Assembly (NCBI GenBank): GCA_030691735.1
Contig: JAUYDS010000118.1
Location: 21,536 to 85,535 of the forward strand
DNA: 64,000 nt
Source: Candidatus Aminicenantes bacterium
GTDB taxonomy: Bacteria > Acidobacteriota > Aminicenantia > Aminicenantales > UBA4085
Reading direction: 5' to 3'
Below are positions 9,932-18,794 of the stretch, piece by piece. The notes under the pieces were generated by a model. That model had not been told where the DNA came from and ran no database searches. It saw only the letters and a list, made by a program, of their open reading frames with translations. The translations under genes and the position numbers were made by a program. The stretch's first letter is position 1; every line of letters begins with the position of its first letter.

Positions 9932-10759
9932 TTGGTTACAATGGAACGTCATCCGAAAGAGGTCATTATGAAAAAAGCCGATTCTGCCGGACTCGGGTTT
10001 CAAAAACTCGTCGCGATCCTGGCCGCGCTGCGCGGACCGGAGGGCTGCCCGTGGGACAAAGAGCAGGACGAACGGTCCATCGCCAATTATTTCCTGGAAG
10101 AGGTCTACGAGGCGATCGATGCGCTTTTTCGGAACGACGTCGCGGAGTTGGCCGAGGAATTGGGCGACGTCCTGATGGAAGTCGTCTTCTTGGCCCGGAT
10201 CTACGAGGAGAGGGGAGAGTTTACCATCTCCGACGCGCTGGACGGCATCAATCGGAAGATGATCCGCCGGCACCCCCATGTTTTCGGCGGCAAAAAGGTC
10301 GATTCATCTCAACGTGTCCTGGACGAGTGGATTCGCCGGAAGAAAGCCGAAAAAAAGCGGAAATCGCATTTTGAGGGCATCTCCCGGCAGGCCCCCTCGC
10401 TTCTGGCCGCGTTCCAGATCGGTCAGCGAGTGGCCCATTTTGGATTCGACTGGCCCTCGCCCGATGAGGCTCTCAAAAAGGTCCGGGAGGAGATCGGCGA
10501 GCTCGAAGAGACCATGGCCCGGACGAATGTCGGTCGGATCGAGGAAGAGCTCGGCGACTGCTTTTTCGCTTTGGCCAATGTCGCCCGGAAGCTGGGTCTG
10601 AATCCGGAGACAGCTTTACGCCGGGCGAACGATAAATTCATCGAAAGATTCGCGAGACTCGAGAGGAAGCTCAAAGAAAAGGGGATGAAGCTGGGAAAGG
10701 CGAGCCTCGCCGAAATGGACGCGGTCTGGGAGGACATCAAGAAAAAGCGAAGATCCTAG
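9932..10759 (+). CDS. mazG: Nucleoside triphosphate pyrophosphohydrolase MazG
   Basis: LRGPEGCPWDKEQ...EE.YE..DA...ELGD tandem MazG domains; true start may be the internal Met at ~9968. Confidence 0.88.
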   Translation: MVTMERHPKEVIMKKADSAGLGFQKLVAILAALRGPEGCPWDKEQDERSIANYFLEEVYEAIDALFRNDVAELAEELGDVLMEVVFLARIYEERGEFTISDALDGINRKMIRRHPHVFGGKKVDSSQRVLDEWIRRKKAEKKRKSHFEGISRQAPSLLAAFQIGQRVAHFGFDWPSPDEALKKVREEIGELEETMARTNVGRIEEELGDCFFALANVARKLGLNPETALRRANDKFIERFARLERKLKEKGMKLGKASLAEMDAVWEDIKKKRRS

Positions 10760-10821
10760 GAGAGGCAGGAACTTCGATGGAAAGGGGGGCCAGCCGCTAT
10801 ATAAATTAGACCCTCCGTTTT

Positions 10822-11956
10822 TTATCCCGCGGGTTTTGTTTTCCGCAGGACCAGGCTGGCCTTGATGAAATCGTCCAGGTCGCCGTCGAGGACTCTGTCG
10901 GTATCTCCGGTTTCGAGGCGCGTCCGGGTGTCCTTGACCATCTTGTAGGGGTGGAGGACGTACGACCGGATCTGGTTGCCCCAGGCGATATCCGTCTTGG
11001 AGTCCTCCAGCAGTTCAACCTTTTCCAGTTTCCTCTTCCGCTCGAGCTCGTAGAGACGGGCCTTGAGGACTTTCATGGCCGAGGCCTTGTTTTTGTGCTG
11101 GGAACGTTCGTTTTGGCACTGGACGACGATCCCGGTCGGGATATGGGTGATCCGGACGGCCGAGTCCGTCGTGTTGACGTGCTGACCGCCCTTGCCGCCC
11201 GCGCGATAAGTGTCGATGCGGAGCTCGTCCGGGTTGACCTTGATCTCGATGTCCTCGTCCACCTCCGGATAGACGAAGACCGCGACGAACGACGTATGCC
11301 GCCGCTTGTTGGCGTCGAACGGGGAAATGCGGACCAGCCGGTGGACCCCGGTCTCCTGGCTGAGGTTGCCGAAGACATAGTCGCCCTCGATCCGGATCGT
11401 CGCGCTTTTCAGCCCGGCCTCTTCGCCCGGCTGCATATCCAGGATCTCGGTCTTGTATCCTTTGCGCTCGGCGTAGCGGAGGTACATCCGCATCAGCATG
11501 GAGGCCCAGTCCTGGGACTCCGTCCCGCCCGCGCCCGGATGGATGGTCAGGATCGCGTTGCGAGGGTCGTCGACCTCATAATAGAGCGTCTGCAGTTCGG
11601 CCTCTTCGAGGTGTTTGCCGAACGCCGCCAGGGCTAGATCGAAGTCCTTGTCGACGTTCTCGCCTTCCTTGGCCAGCTCGAGCAGGACGTCGACATCTTC
11701 TTTTTTCTGGTAGAGGGCGCTCAGGAACTGGACGTCACGCTCCAGCCGTTTCTTGCTCTGCTGGAGCGACTGGGACCGCTTTTGATCCTGCCAAACCTCG
11801 GGAGAGCCGAGCTGGCGGCCCAAGGCCTCGACCTGGGTTTTCTTATTGTCGAGGTCAAAGAAAACCTCGAAGCTCTTCGAATTTAGCGAAGCGCTCGCGG
11901 GTCTTGGCTTCGAGGTCGCTGAAATGTTCGGCGGGCAGGTTGTTGTTGGGGTTCAT
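10822..11956 (-). CDS. prfB: Peptide chain release factor 2 with programmed +1 ribosomal frameshift
   Basis: SPF motif and GGQ (GGKGGQHVN); frame-0 leader MNPNNNLPAEHFSDLEAKTRERFAKFEELRGFL ends at the in-frame TGA within the canonical CTTTGAC shift site (complement of 11854-11860); the main ORF continues in the +1 frame. Confidence 0.9.
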
Positions 11957-13473
11957 GGTCGTCTCTTTAACGGAGACATAATAAAGAAGATAGCGCTGAT
12001 TGTCAAGCACAAAAGGGAAAAAGCGTCGCCCCACCGGGCATAAAAAGTCAGTTTTATTGAAGGCGTGATCGTTCCGGTCAGGAACGTCTTCGTCTTGATC
12101 TCGGACTCCGTGACGACCCGGCCGTAGGGATCGATGATCCCGCTGATGCCCGTCGTCGCCGCCCGGAGAAGGAAGCGCCGGTTCTCAACGGCGCGAAAGA
12201 CGGCGTTGGCGAAGTGTTGATAGGGCGCCGAGGTCGTCCCGTACCAGCCGTCGTTGGTAATGGTCACGAGGAAGGCGGCCCCCTTTTTCGCGAAACGGCG
12301 GACGAGATCGGGAAAAATGACCTCGTAGCAGATGGGGGAGCCGAATCGCCAGTCCTTGAAGGCATGAAGGACGGGCTCGGTCCCCGGAGTGATCTCGCCG
12401 ATGGCATGGGTCATTTTTTCGATGAAGCCGAAGACTTTCTTGTACGGCGTATATTCGCCGAACGGGACCAGGTGCATCTTGGCGTATTTCGAGATCTTCA
12501 GGTCCGGGCCCAGGCAGAGCGCGGTGTTGAAGTAGAGCTCCCGCCCCGGCGGACCGGCGGTCTCGTTTGTCCCCAAAAGAAGGGTGCACTGCGAATCCTG
12601 GACGAACTGGGACAGGATGCGTTTGAAGCTCTGGTAGATCGCGTCGTCGCAGGTGAAGCACATCGGAACGGTGAACTCAGGCCAGATGATGAGCTTCGCG
12701 CCTTTTTCCGACGCCTGCCGGGTCAGATCGAGATGCTCCTCGAACAAGGTCAGGATGTCCTTGGGCGAGACCTCGTTCCAGTAAATATCGGAAGACACGT
12801 TCCCCTGGATGACGGCGGCGGTGAAGGTCCCCTTCCCCTCGGGGACTTTTTTCAAGCTCAAGAATCCGCCCAAATGGACGAGGACGAGGACGATCAGCCC
12901 GAAGGCGAACGGCGGTCTTTTGGAAGCGCGGATGGAATAGACGAACAGGCTCTGAAAGAGGACGAGGACAAACGAAACGCCATACACCCCGGTGATGGCC
13001 GCGATCTGGATGAAGGACAGATTCCTAGACTGGCTGAGCCCAAGAAGTCCCCAGGGAAATCCCGTCAGGAGATGGCTGAGGATGTATTCGAAAGCCACCC
13101 ACAAGAACGGTGCCGCGAAAAACGCCGCCGCAGGATGTTTTCGATGGATCCGGGAAAAGACGAATCCGAAGAACGCCCAGGTCGAGGCGAGCAGGAGGAT
13201 CAACGCGAGATAGATCAGGAGGCTGAAGATCGTCGAAAGATGGCCGTAATGCGCCGGCACGGCGGGGATCCAATACAGGAGGATCCCGTAGAAAACCGTG
13301 CCCGCGATCCAACCGGTCAGAAACGAGCGGCCGGGAGTCAGACGCGAGATCAGAAAAAGAAAAGGGATGAAGGAGATCCAAACGAAGAAGGGCAGGCCGA
13401 TCTTGGGAAAAGCGACGGCGGTGAGAATACCGGAAACAACGGCGACGGCGATATCGGTGAGCTTCAGCTTCAC
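11953..13473 (-). CDS. lnt: Apolipoprotein N-acyltransferase
   Basis: N-terminal polytopic membrane domain plus C-terminal CN-hydrolase domain (..IIWPEF..); likely GTG start after the SPOR gene stop; ATGA overlap with the prfB start. Confidence 0.85.
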   Translation of the reverse strand: MKLKLTDIAVAVVSGILTAVAFPKIGLPFFVWISFIPFLFLISRLTPGRSFLTGWIAGTVFYGILLYWIPAVPAHYGHLSTIFSLLIYLALILLLASTWAFFGFVFSRIHRKHPAAAFFAAPFLWVAFEYILSHLLTGFPWGLLGLSQSRNLSFIQIAAITGVYGVSFVLVLFQSLFVYSIRASKRPPFAFGLIVLVLVHLGGFLSLKKVPEGKGTFTAAVIQGNVSSDIYWNEVSPKDILTLFEEHLDLTRQASEKGAKLIIWPEFTVPMCFTCDDAIYQSFKRILSQFVQDSQCTLLLGTNETAGPPGRELYFNTALCLGPDLKISKYAKMHLVPFGEYTPYKKVFGFIEKMTHAIGEITPGTEPVLHAFKDWRFGSPICYEVIFPDLVRRFAKKGAAFLVTITNDGWYGTTSAPYQHFANAVFRAVENRRFLLRAATTGISGIIDPYGRVVTESEIKTKTFLTGTITPSIKLTFYARWGDAFSLLCLTISAIFFIMSPLKRRP

Positions 13474-13487
13474 GGGCGCGCCGCGCG

Positions 13488-14165
13488 TCAACCCTTCACG
13501 ACGAAAAAGTCGGTCTTCTTTTTCTTCAGGTCGACGGCGATCTTGTCCTGAGCGTCGGCGGCGTCCTGTTTGCTCTCGTAGGGGCCGATCTGGATCCGGT
13601 AGACGGGTTTTTTGTCCTGGGCCAGAGGCATCAGGACGATGGTCGGGTAGCCCAATTTCTCGACTTTTTGGGCAAATCCGTCGGCGGCTTCCTTGTTGTT
13701 GACCGCGCTGATCTGGACATAGAAGATGCCTTCCTGTTTTGCCGCGGCCAACTTTTTCTCGTCCGGGGCCGGTTTGACTTCGGCGGGTTTGCCCGGAGCG
13801 GTCGGAGGCTTGACCTCGCTTTTGGTTTCGACTTTGGCCCCGCTCCCCTCGTTGGACTTTTTCTCGGCAGGTTTCACCTCGGTCTTCGTCTCTGTCGGCT
13901 TGGCTTGGGGTTGGGTCGCCTGGCCTTGGGTCGGCCGGATCGTGACCGTCGGCTGAGCGTCCGCGGGGAGAGGCGATTTCTGGGCTAAGGCCTCGGTTTT
14001 GACCGCGGGGGCGCCGCCGGACCCGGCGACAAGCTGGGTCTGTTTCTTGCCGACGGAGATGCCGAGGAGAAAAATGCACACGCCGAAGGCCAGGATCGCC
14101 AGAAAAACGACGGCGAGCTGGGTGCTCGTGAACTTCAATTCGCGGAATTGTTTTTCGTTTGTCAT
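13488..14165 (-). CDS. SPOR domain-containing membrane protein
   Basis: N-terminal TM segment, Pro/Lys/Glu-rich linker, C-terminal SPOR-like domain (IFYVQISAV...GYPTIV...YRIQIGPY). Confidence 0.7.
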   Translation of the reverse strand: MTNEKQFRELKFTSTQLAVVFLAILAFGVCIFLLGISVGKKQTQLVAGSGGAPAVKTEALAQKSPLPADAQPTVTIRPTQGQATQPQAKPTETKTEVKPAEKKSNEGSGAKVETKSEVKPPTAPGKPAEVKPAPDEKKLAAAKQEGIFYVQISAVNNKEAADGFAQKVEKLGYPTIVLMPLAQDKKPVYRIQIGPYESKQDAADAQDKIAVDLKKKKTDFFVVKG

Positions 14166-14368
14166 GGTGGACCTTATGCTTTCCTCATTATATCACGATC
14201 CGACGCGGGCGGAACGAAAGGCCAGATCGGCGTCTTCGCCGCCCTCGATTTCGAGGACCTCGAGACCGTTCATCCGAGGTTAAAAACGCTCCGGCCCGGA
14301 CCGCCCAAATGATTTTCTTCACGTTGATTCCATTATAGAAAGGAGTCCTCGATAAGTCAATAAATTGT

Positions 14369-14398
14369 CTTGACAAAACATCTTCAATAAATTAATTT
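14369..14398 (+). promoter_or_regulatory. Putative sigma70-type promoter for the HU/IHF gene (TTGACA -35)
   Basis: TTGACA at 14369-14374 with an AT-rich -10-like hexamer about 17 nt downstream, about 25 nt before the CDS. Confidence 0.35.
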
Positions 14399-14421
14399 TA
14401 TGTCCTGTTAAGGAGTTCCCC

Positions 14422-14700
14422 ATGATCAAGAACGACATTGCCCTCGCGATCGAAAAGAAATCCGAATTCAACGGGGCGAAGTCGTTGTTGATCGTCGAAA
14501 CGATCCTCGAATGTCTCAAGGACGCGCTGGCCAAGAAGGAGAAAGTGGAGATCCGGGGATTCGGGAGCTTCAAGGTCGTGGCCAAAAAGACGGGTTACGG
14601 CCGGGACATCCGCCGCAAAAAACAGATCCACATCACCCAGGGCAAACGGATCAAGTTCCGCTCCGGCCAGGAGCTGAAGAACATCGCCGCCAAGTCGTAG
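14422..14700 (+). CDS. HU/IHF family DNA-binding protein
   Basis: IRGFGSFKV...R.....I.......KF..G..LK beta-arm motif; 92 aa. Confidence 0.85.
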   Translation: MIKNDIALAIEKKSEFNGAKSLLIVETILECLKDALAKKEKVEIRGFGSFKVVAKKTGYGRDIRRKKQIHITQGKRIKFRSGQELKNIAAKS

Positions 14701-14757
14701 ACTTGAATCCGCTCGCCCTCTCGTTTTTACGGACATCTCGAGGCAAGGGGGTTTGAC

Positions 14758-15699
14758 GTGGCCTACAAGAAACGACCTCTGTCCCCGGACGGACTGACGA
14801 CCTATCCTCTCCGGTCCCGCTCAAGCAAGGTCCGCGTCGCGGATTTCGCCAAGGTCTCGCGACCGGGCGATTCCGTCGCCCGTTTCGTCCGAAGTCTTCC
14901 GCGTTTTCTCGCGGCCCAGGAACTCCGGGAGCTGACGGCCGCGATGACGAACGCCCGCCGCGGCCGGAAGGTTTTGATCTGGGCCATGGGCGCTCACGTC
15001 ATCAAGGTCGGGCTCAGTCCCGTTCTCATCGATTTGATGAAGAACGGCTGGATCTCCGCCGTGGCGCTCAACGGCGCCGGCATCATCCACGATTTCGAAT
15101 TGGCCTACGCCGGAGCGACCTCCGAGGACGTGGAAAGCCAGGTCAAGGCGGGCCGCTTCGGCATGGCCCGGGAGACGGGGGAACGGTTGAACGGCGCGAT
15201 CCGCCGCGGCGCCGAAGACGGCCTGGGGCTGGGCGAATCCGTGGGCCGGATGATCGCGGGGTCCGATTTTCCGTTCAAGAAATGGAGCCTCTTGGGGACC
15301 GCCTATCGCCTGGGCGTTCCGGTTACGGTCCATGTCGCTATCGGGACGGACGTCATCCACATGCATCCCAGCGTCAGCGGCGAAGCGCTCGGAGCGACTT
15401 CTTTAAAGGATTTTTTCCTCCTGGCCGCGCTCGTCCGGGGGCTGAACGGCGGGGGCGTGTTCCTCAACATCGGATCGGCGGTCGTTCTGCCCGAGGTCTT
15501 TCTCAAAGCGGTGTCGCTTGTCCGGAATCAAGGCCGGACGCTCGACGGCTTCACGACGGCCGTCTTCGATTTTCACCATCACTATCGGCCCGCCCAGAAC
15601 GTGACCCGCCGGCCCCTGGGGAAGAAGGGGAAAGGGTATTATTTCGTCGGCCACCATGAGATCATGATCCCGCTGCTCGCCGCCGCTCTGGGGACCTGA
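14758..15699 (+). CDS. Deoxyhypusine synthase-like family protein (hypothetical)
   Basis: LIDLMKNGWISAVALNGAGIIHD resembles the IRYLV..N.VDVLVTTAGGVEED segment of DHS-like proteins; weak, by recall only. Confidence 0.35.
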   Translation: MAYKKRPLSPDGLTTYPLRSRSSKVRVADFAKVSRPGDSVARFVRSLPRFLAAQELRELTAAMTNARRGRKVLIWAMGAHVIKVGLSPVLIDLMKNGWISAVALNGAGIIHDFELAYAGATSEDVESQVKAGRFGMARETGERLNGAIRRGAEDGLGLGESVGRMIAGSDFPFKKWSLLGTAYRLGVPVTVHVAIGTDVIHMHPSVSGEALGATSLKDFFLLAALVRGLNGGGVFLNIGSAVVLPEVFLKAVSLVRNQGRTLDGFTTAVFDFHHHYRPAQNVTRRPLGKKGKGYYFVGHHEIMIPLLAAALGT

Positions 15700-15714
15700 C
15701 GACCCGCCGCTGAA

Positions 15715-16341
15715 TTATCCAGCGGATCCGCTTTTGATCCGGCCGGCGAGGAGCAATTCCTCGTAAAGCTCTTCCGCTTGCTCGATGGTCTCTTCCATCG
15801 ATCCGGACGTATCCACGACGTAGTCGGCGTATTCCAGCTTTTCCTCGGCCGGCATCTGAGTCCGGATCCTACGGCAGGCCTCTTCGCAACCGATCGCGTC
15901 GCGGTCCATCAGGCGTCGGACCTGGACCTCCTCCGGGCAGTAAACGACGACGACCTCGTCGAAGAATTCGGCGAATCCGGCCTCGATGGTCAGGGCCGCT
16001 TCGGAGACGTAGATCTTGACTCGGCCCTCTTGATCGAGCCGGGCGATGGTCTTCCTCTTCTTCTTCATAACCAGAGGATGGATGAGGGCGTCGATAAAAC
16101 GCCTCGCGTCCGCGTCCCCGAAGATGATCGCGCCGAGCTTCTTGCGGTCAATCGACCGGTCGGATTTGAGGAGGTCCTGGCCGAAGCGGGCGACGATCTT
16201 TGTCCAGGCCGGACGGCCCGGGGCCATGATCTCGCGAGCGACTTCGTCGGATTTGTCGATATGGCATCCGCGCCGGCGGAGAACGTCCCCGACGATGGAT
16301 TTTCCGGAAGCGATGCCCCCCGTCAGGGCAACGGTCAACAT
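15715..16341 (-). CDS. coaE: Dephospho-CoA kinase
   Basis: P-loop GGIASGKS at N-terminus; ~200 aa. Confidence 0.88.
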   Translation of the reverse strand: MLTVALTGGIASGKSIVGDVLRRRGCHIDKSDEVAREIMAPGRPAWTKIVARFGQDLLKSDRSIDRKKLGAIIFGDADARRFIDALIHPLVMKKKRKTIARLDQEGRVKIYVSEAALTIEAGFAEFFDEVVVVYCPEEVQVRRLMDRDAIGCEEACRRIRTQMPAEEKLEYADYVVDTSGSMEETIEQAEELYEELLLAGRIKSGSAG

Positions 16342-16357
16342 GCGAGGTTCCGCCTAC

Positions 16358-16717
16358 CTATTTCTTAGAGCCGCGGATGAACTTGAACTCTTTGTCGAAG
16401 CGGACGGCCACGCCCTGTTTCTTGTTCTTCTTGTTCGGTTTTTCCAGACGGACGGTCATCCCCCCGATCTGCAGCTTGAGACCCTGGCTCTCGGTGAGTT
16501 CCTTGGGCAGCTCGATGATGATGTTGAGCTTGGAGCCGACCACGACGCCCGAGTCCAGGCAGAGATAGGCGCCGGTCGAGCTGATGTTCTCGAGCTTCGC
16601 CACTTCCTTGAAATTCTTGCCCTGAGGCAGCGTGCCCTCGACGATGGCCGTCAGAGGCAGTTCGAAGCGCCATTCCCGGCGGCGATTAATGTCGACGGGC
16701 ACGCGGATCTTTTTCAC
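16358..16717 (-). CDS. PilZ domain protein (canonical c-di-GMP binding motifs)
   Basis: RRREWR (RxxxR) and NISSTG (D/NxSxxG) motifs. Confidence 0.75.
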   Translation of the reverse strand: MKKIRVPVDINRRREWRFELPLTAIVEGTLPQGKNFKEVAKLENISSTGAYLCLDSGVVVGSKLNIIIELPKELTESQGLKLQIGGMTVRLEKPNKKNKKQGVAVRFDKEFKFIRGSKK

Positions 16718-16788
16718 GAGCGTCCGGCCCTTGGGGGTTTTTTTGCGGCTGATGTGTTCATGGCGTTTCCACCCTTGTCCTTTCGATC

Positions 16789-17481
16789 TTAGAAGAGGGC
16801 CGAGTTGATGGCGTAGAGCGCCAGCTGGAGCCGGCTGTGCGTGTCGAGCTTGGCGTAGATGCTCTTGATGTGCGAGCGGACCGTGTTCTTGCTGATGAAG
16901 AGGATCTCGGCGATGTCGTCGTTGCTCTTGCCCTGGCCGATGAGCTTGAGGACCTGGAACTCGGTCGGCGTGAGCTGGTCGAGGGTCTTCTCCTTCATGT
17001 CGCGTCCGACGACCGAGATAATCCGGTCCATGATGCTGCTCATCTTGTCTCGCGGCAGCCAGATCTCGCCGCGGTGGATGACCCGGACGGCCTCCGGGAG
17101 CTGTCCCGAGGGGTCGTTCAAGTCGAAATAGCCTCGCGCCCCGACGTTGATGAGGCTGACGATCTCCTCGTGCGAGGGGATGTTCCCGATGAGGAGCATC
17201 TGCGATTTGAGCTGGTCCTTGGAGATCTCGCGGATCGCCTTGCAGATCTCGCGCATGTTGGGGAGCGTTTCGGTGCTGGCGAACAGGATGACGTGGGGTC
17301 GGAGCTTGCGGATCGAGTCCATGAAGGACTCGATGGTGTTCTTTTCGATGGTCACGACCTCGATCTGCGGGTCGATTTCAAGGGCCTTCAGGATCCCGGA
17401 CAGGATCAGGTCCGACGGGCAAAAGATGAGGACCTTGACCGTCGTCGCGTCCGAAGAAGACGGGAGTTTCTTTTTATTCAT
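16789..17481 (-). CDS. LuxR/NarL-family transcriptional regulator with atypical (Asp-less) receiver domain
   Basis: C-terminal HTH (LTPTEFQVLKLIGQGKSNDDIAEILFISKNTVRSHIKSIY); the receiver-like N-domain lacks the DD pair (LIFCPSD) and the phospho-acceptor Asp (ILFAST instead of LLDL). Confidence 0.7.
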   Translation of the reverse strand: MNKKKLPSSSDATTVKVLIFCPSDLILSGILKALEIDPQIEVVTIEKNTIESFMDSIRKLRPHVILFASTETLPNMREICKAIREISKDQLKSQMLLIGNIPSHEEIVSLINVGARGYFDLNDPSGQLPEAVRVIHRGEIWLPRDKMSSIMDRIISVVGRDMKEKTLDQLTPTEFQVLKLIGQGKSNDDIAEILFISKNTVRSHIKSIYAKLDTHSRLQLALYAINSALF

Positions 17482-17588
17482 GTGTTTTTGTGTCCCTTAG
17501 GCAATTTCGGTCCTGGCATTTCTCTCTGATTGGATGGAATTCTAATAAAACGAATCCGGGATGTCAACCCGCGGATGGGCGCGGCCTC

Positions 17589-17969
17589 TTACGGCTGGAC
17601 CTGGAAATTCCTGTCGAGCTTCACCGAAACGAGCTGGCTCCGGCTTTTGATCGAAACGTCCGATTTGACGAACGCGACTGTCCCGGAAAGACAAAGGTCG
17701 AACCGCTTTTCGAGAAAAAAGGTCTGCGGGACCCTGAGGCAAAGCAGGAGCTTGGTCCCGATCATCACCTTGGATTGAAGGCAGAGAACGGCCTCTTGGG
17801 CGCTGAGCGACGAGACTTCCGTCTGTTCCGAAAATTCCCGTTCGGCGGCGTCGAAGCCTTTGACCAGCGCGGGAAGAGAGAGCTCGAAGGACCGCTCCCT
17901 CTTCCGCGTTTCGGAAAAACCTTGAATGGAAGAGGTGCCGTTTATGTTCATATCCATGAGAGTGATCAA
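17589..17969 (-). CDS. PilZ domain protein (partially degenerate motifs)
   Basis: RKRER (RxxxR) present; second motif EVSSLS deviates from D/NxSxxG. Confidence 0.65.
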   Translation of the reverse strand: MITLMDMNINGTSSIQGFSETRKRERSFELSLPALVKGFDAAEREFSEQTEVSSLSAQEAVLCLQSKVMIGTKLLLCLRVPQTFFLEKRFDLCLSGTVAFVKSDVSIKSRSQLVSVKLDRNFQVQP

Positions 17970-18466
17970 GCCTCGGGTCGGATGATGTATTTGCTGTCGA
18001 ACTTGATCGTGACCTTCTGGCGGATGAGACGGTCGCGGTCGGCTTCGACTTGGGTCACTTTGCCTTTGATGACCATTTTCAGGGACTTGTCCTGGGCGAG
18101 CTTCTCCGGCAGGTCGATGATCAGTTTCAACCGCATGCCGATATTGATCGGATTCTTGAGGTAAAACGTCGATCCCTCGTGACTGATGTAGGTCAGGACC
18201 GTGTCCTCGGCGAATTCTTTTCCCTGGGCGTTCAAGCCCTCGACTTGGGTCGGCAGGGGAAAGGTGAATCCCTGATCCCGACCTGCCGGGGTGTGCGGAC
18301 CTTCGACGGCGGCCGGGGCGGCGGCAGGGGCCCCAGGCTTTGTCTGGGGATCCGTTTCCGCCGTACTCAGCCGCGTATTTACATCGCGGGTGAGTGCCCC
18401 GGGCTTTGCCCGGGGTTCCACTTCCGCCGCGAAGGCTCGTCCCTTGACATATGGCTCTTTTGTCAT
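17966..18466 (-). CDS. PilZ domain protein carrying an in-frame family A repeat insertion in its N-terminal region
   Basis: C-terminal PilZ fold (MRLKLIIDLPE...KGKVTQVE...VTIKFD); N-terminal residues 10-55 (RAFAAEVEPRAKPGALTRDVNTRLSTAETDPQTKPGAPAAAPAAV) are encoded by repeat element 18305..18448; RxxxR motif absent. Confidence 0.6.
   Translation of the reverse strand: MTKEPYVKGRAFAAEVEPRAKPGALTRDVNTRLSTAETDPQTKPGAPAAAPAAVEGPHTPAGRDQGFTFPLPTQVEGLNAQGKEFAEDTVLTYISHEGSTFYLKNPINIGMRLKLIIDLPEKLAQDKSLKMVIKGKVTQVEADRDRLIRQKVTIKFDSKYIIRPEA
18305..18448 (+). repeat. Mosaic palindromic repeat element family A, copy 2 (inside the PilZ gene 17966..18466)
   Basis: Shares the CCCCGGGCTTTGCCCGGGG hairpin, the GTACTCAGCCGCG...CGCGGGTGAGTG hairpin and the GAAGGCTCGTCCCTTGAC end with the other copies. 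Confidence 0.85.
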
Positions 18467-18635
18467 GATCGCTTCCTTATTCCGAATTCCTTTTCCTTGG
18501 CCTCGCCGTCAGCTTAAATCGGCCTCCAAGAGGGGTCAATCACCCCTAAAGATGAAAAAAGGGGTGATATTTCCCTTGGGGATTGTCACCTCCCGCATTG
18601 ACGATGAAGCAAGCTTCGTTTAACATGGAGGCCAC

Positions 18636-18774
18636 AGCGGCCGGGGCCCCGGGCTTTGCAGTCCTCATTCGCGAAGCGAATGAGGGCGGGCTTTGCTCGG
18701 GGGTCCACTTCCGCCGTACTCGCCCGTGAATATAAGCCACGGGCGAGTGGCGAGCCGAAGGCTCGTCCCTTGAC
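18636..18774 (+). repeat. Mosaic palindromic repeat element family A, copy 3 (intergenic)
   Basis: Modules: GGCCGGGGCCCCGGGCTTTG, the CCTCATTCGC-GAA-GCGAATGAGG hairpin, the GTACTCGCCCGTG...CACGGGCGAGTGG hairpin, and the GAAGGCTCGTCCCTTGAC end. Confidence 0.85.
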
Positions 18775-18794
18775 TGACGATTCGGAGAGTGGAT

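Noticed and set aside
9536-10279. 247-aa minus-strand ORF
   Set aside because: Chimeric. Only the 3' third (9536..9832, DUF1844) is a plausible gene. The 5' part is antisense to mazG.
10760-10821. Possible terminator between convergent mazG and prfB (CCCGCGGG...T-runs)
   Set aside because: T-runs are present but the adjacent stem is weak or ambiguous by eye. It needs folding software before calling.
12214-13551. 445-aa plus-strand ORF opposite lnt
   Set aside because: Antisense artefact of lnt.
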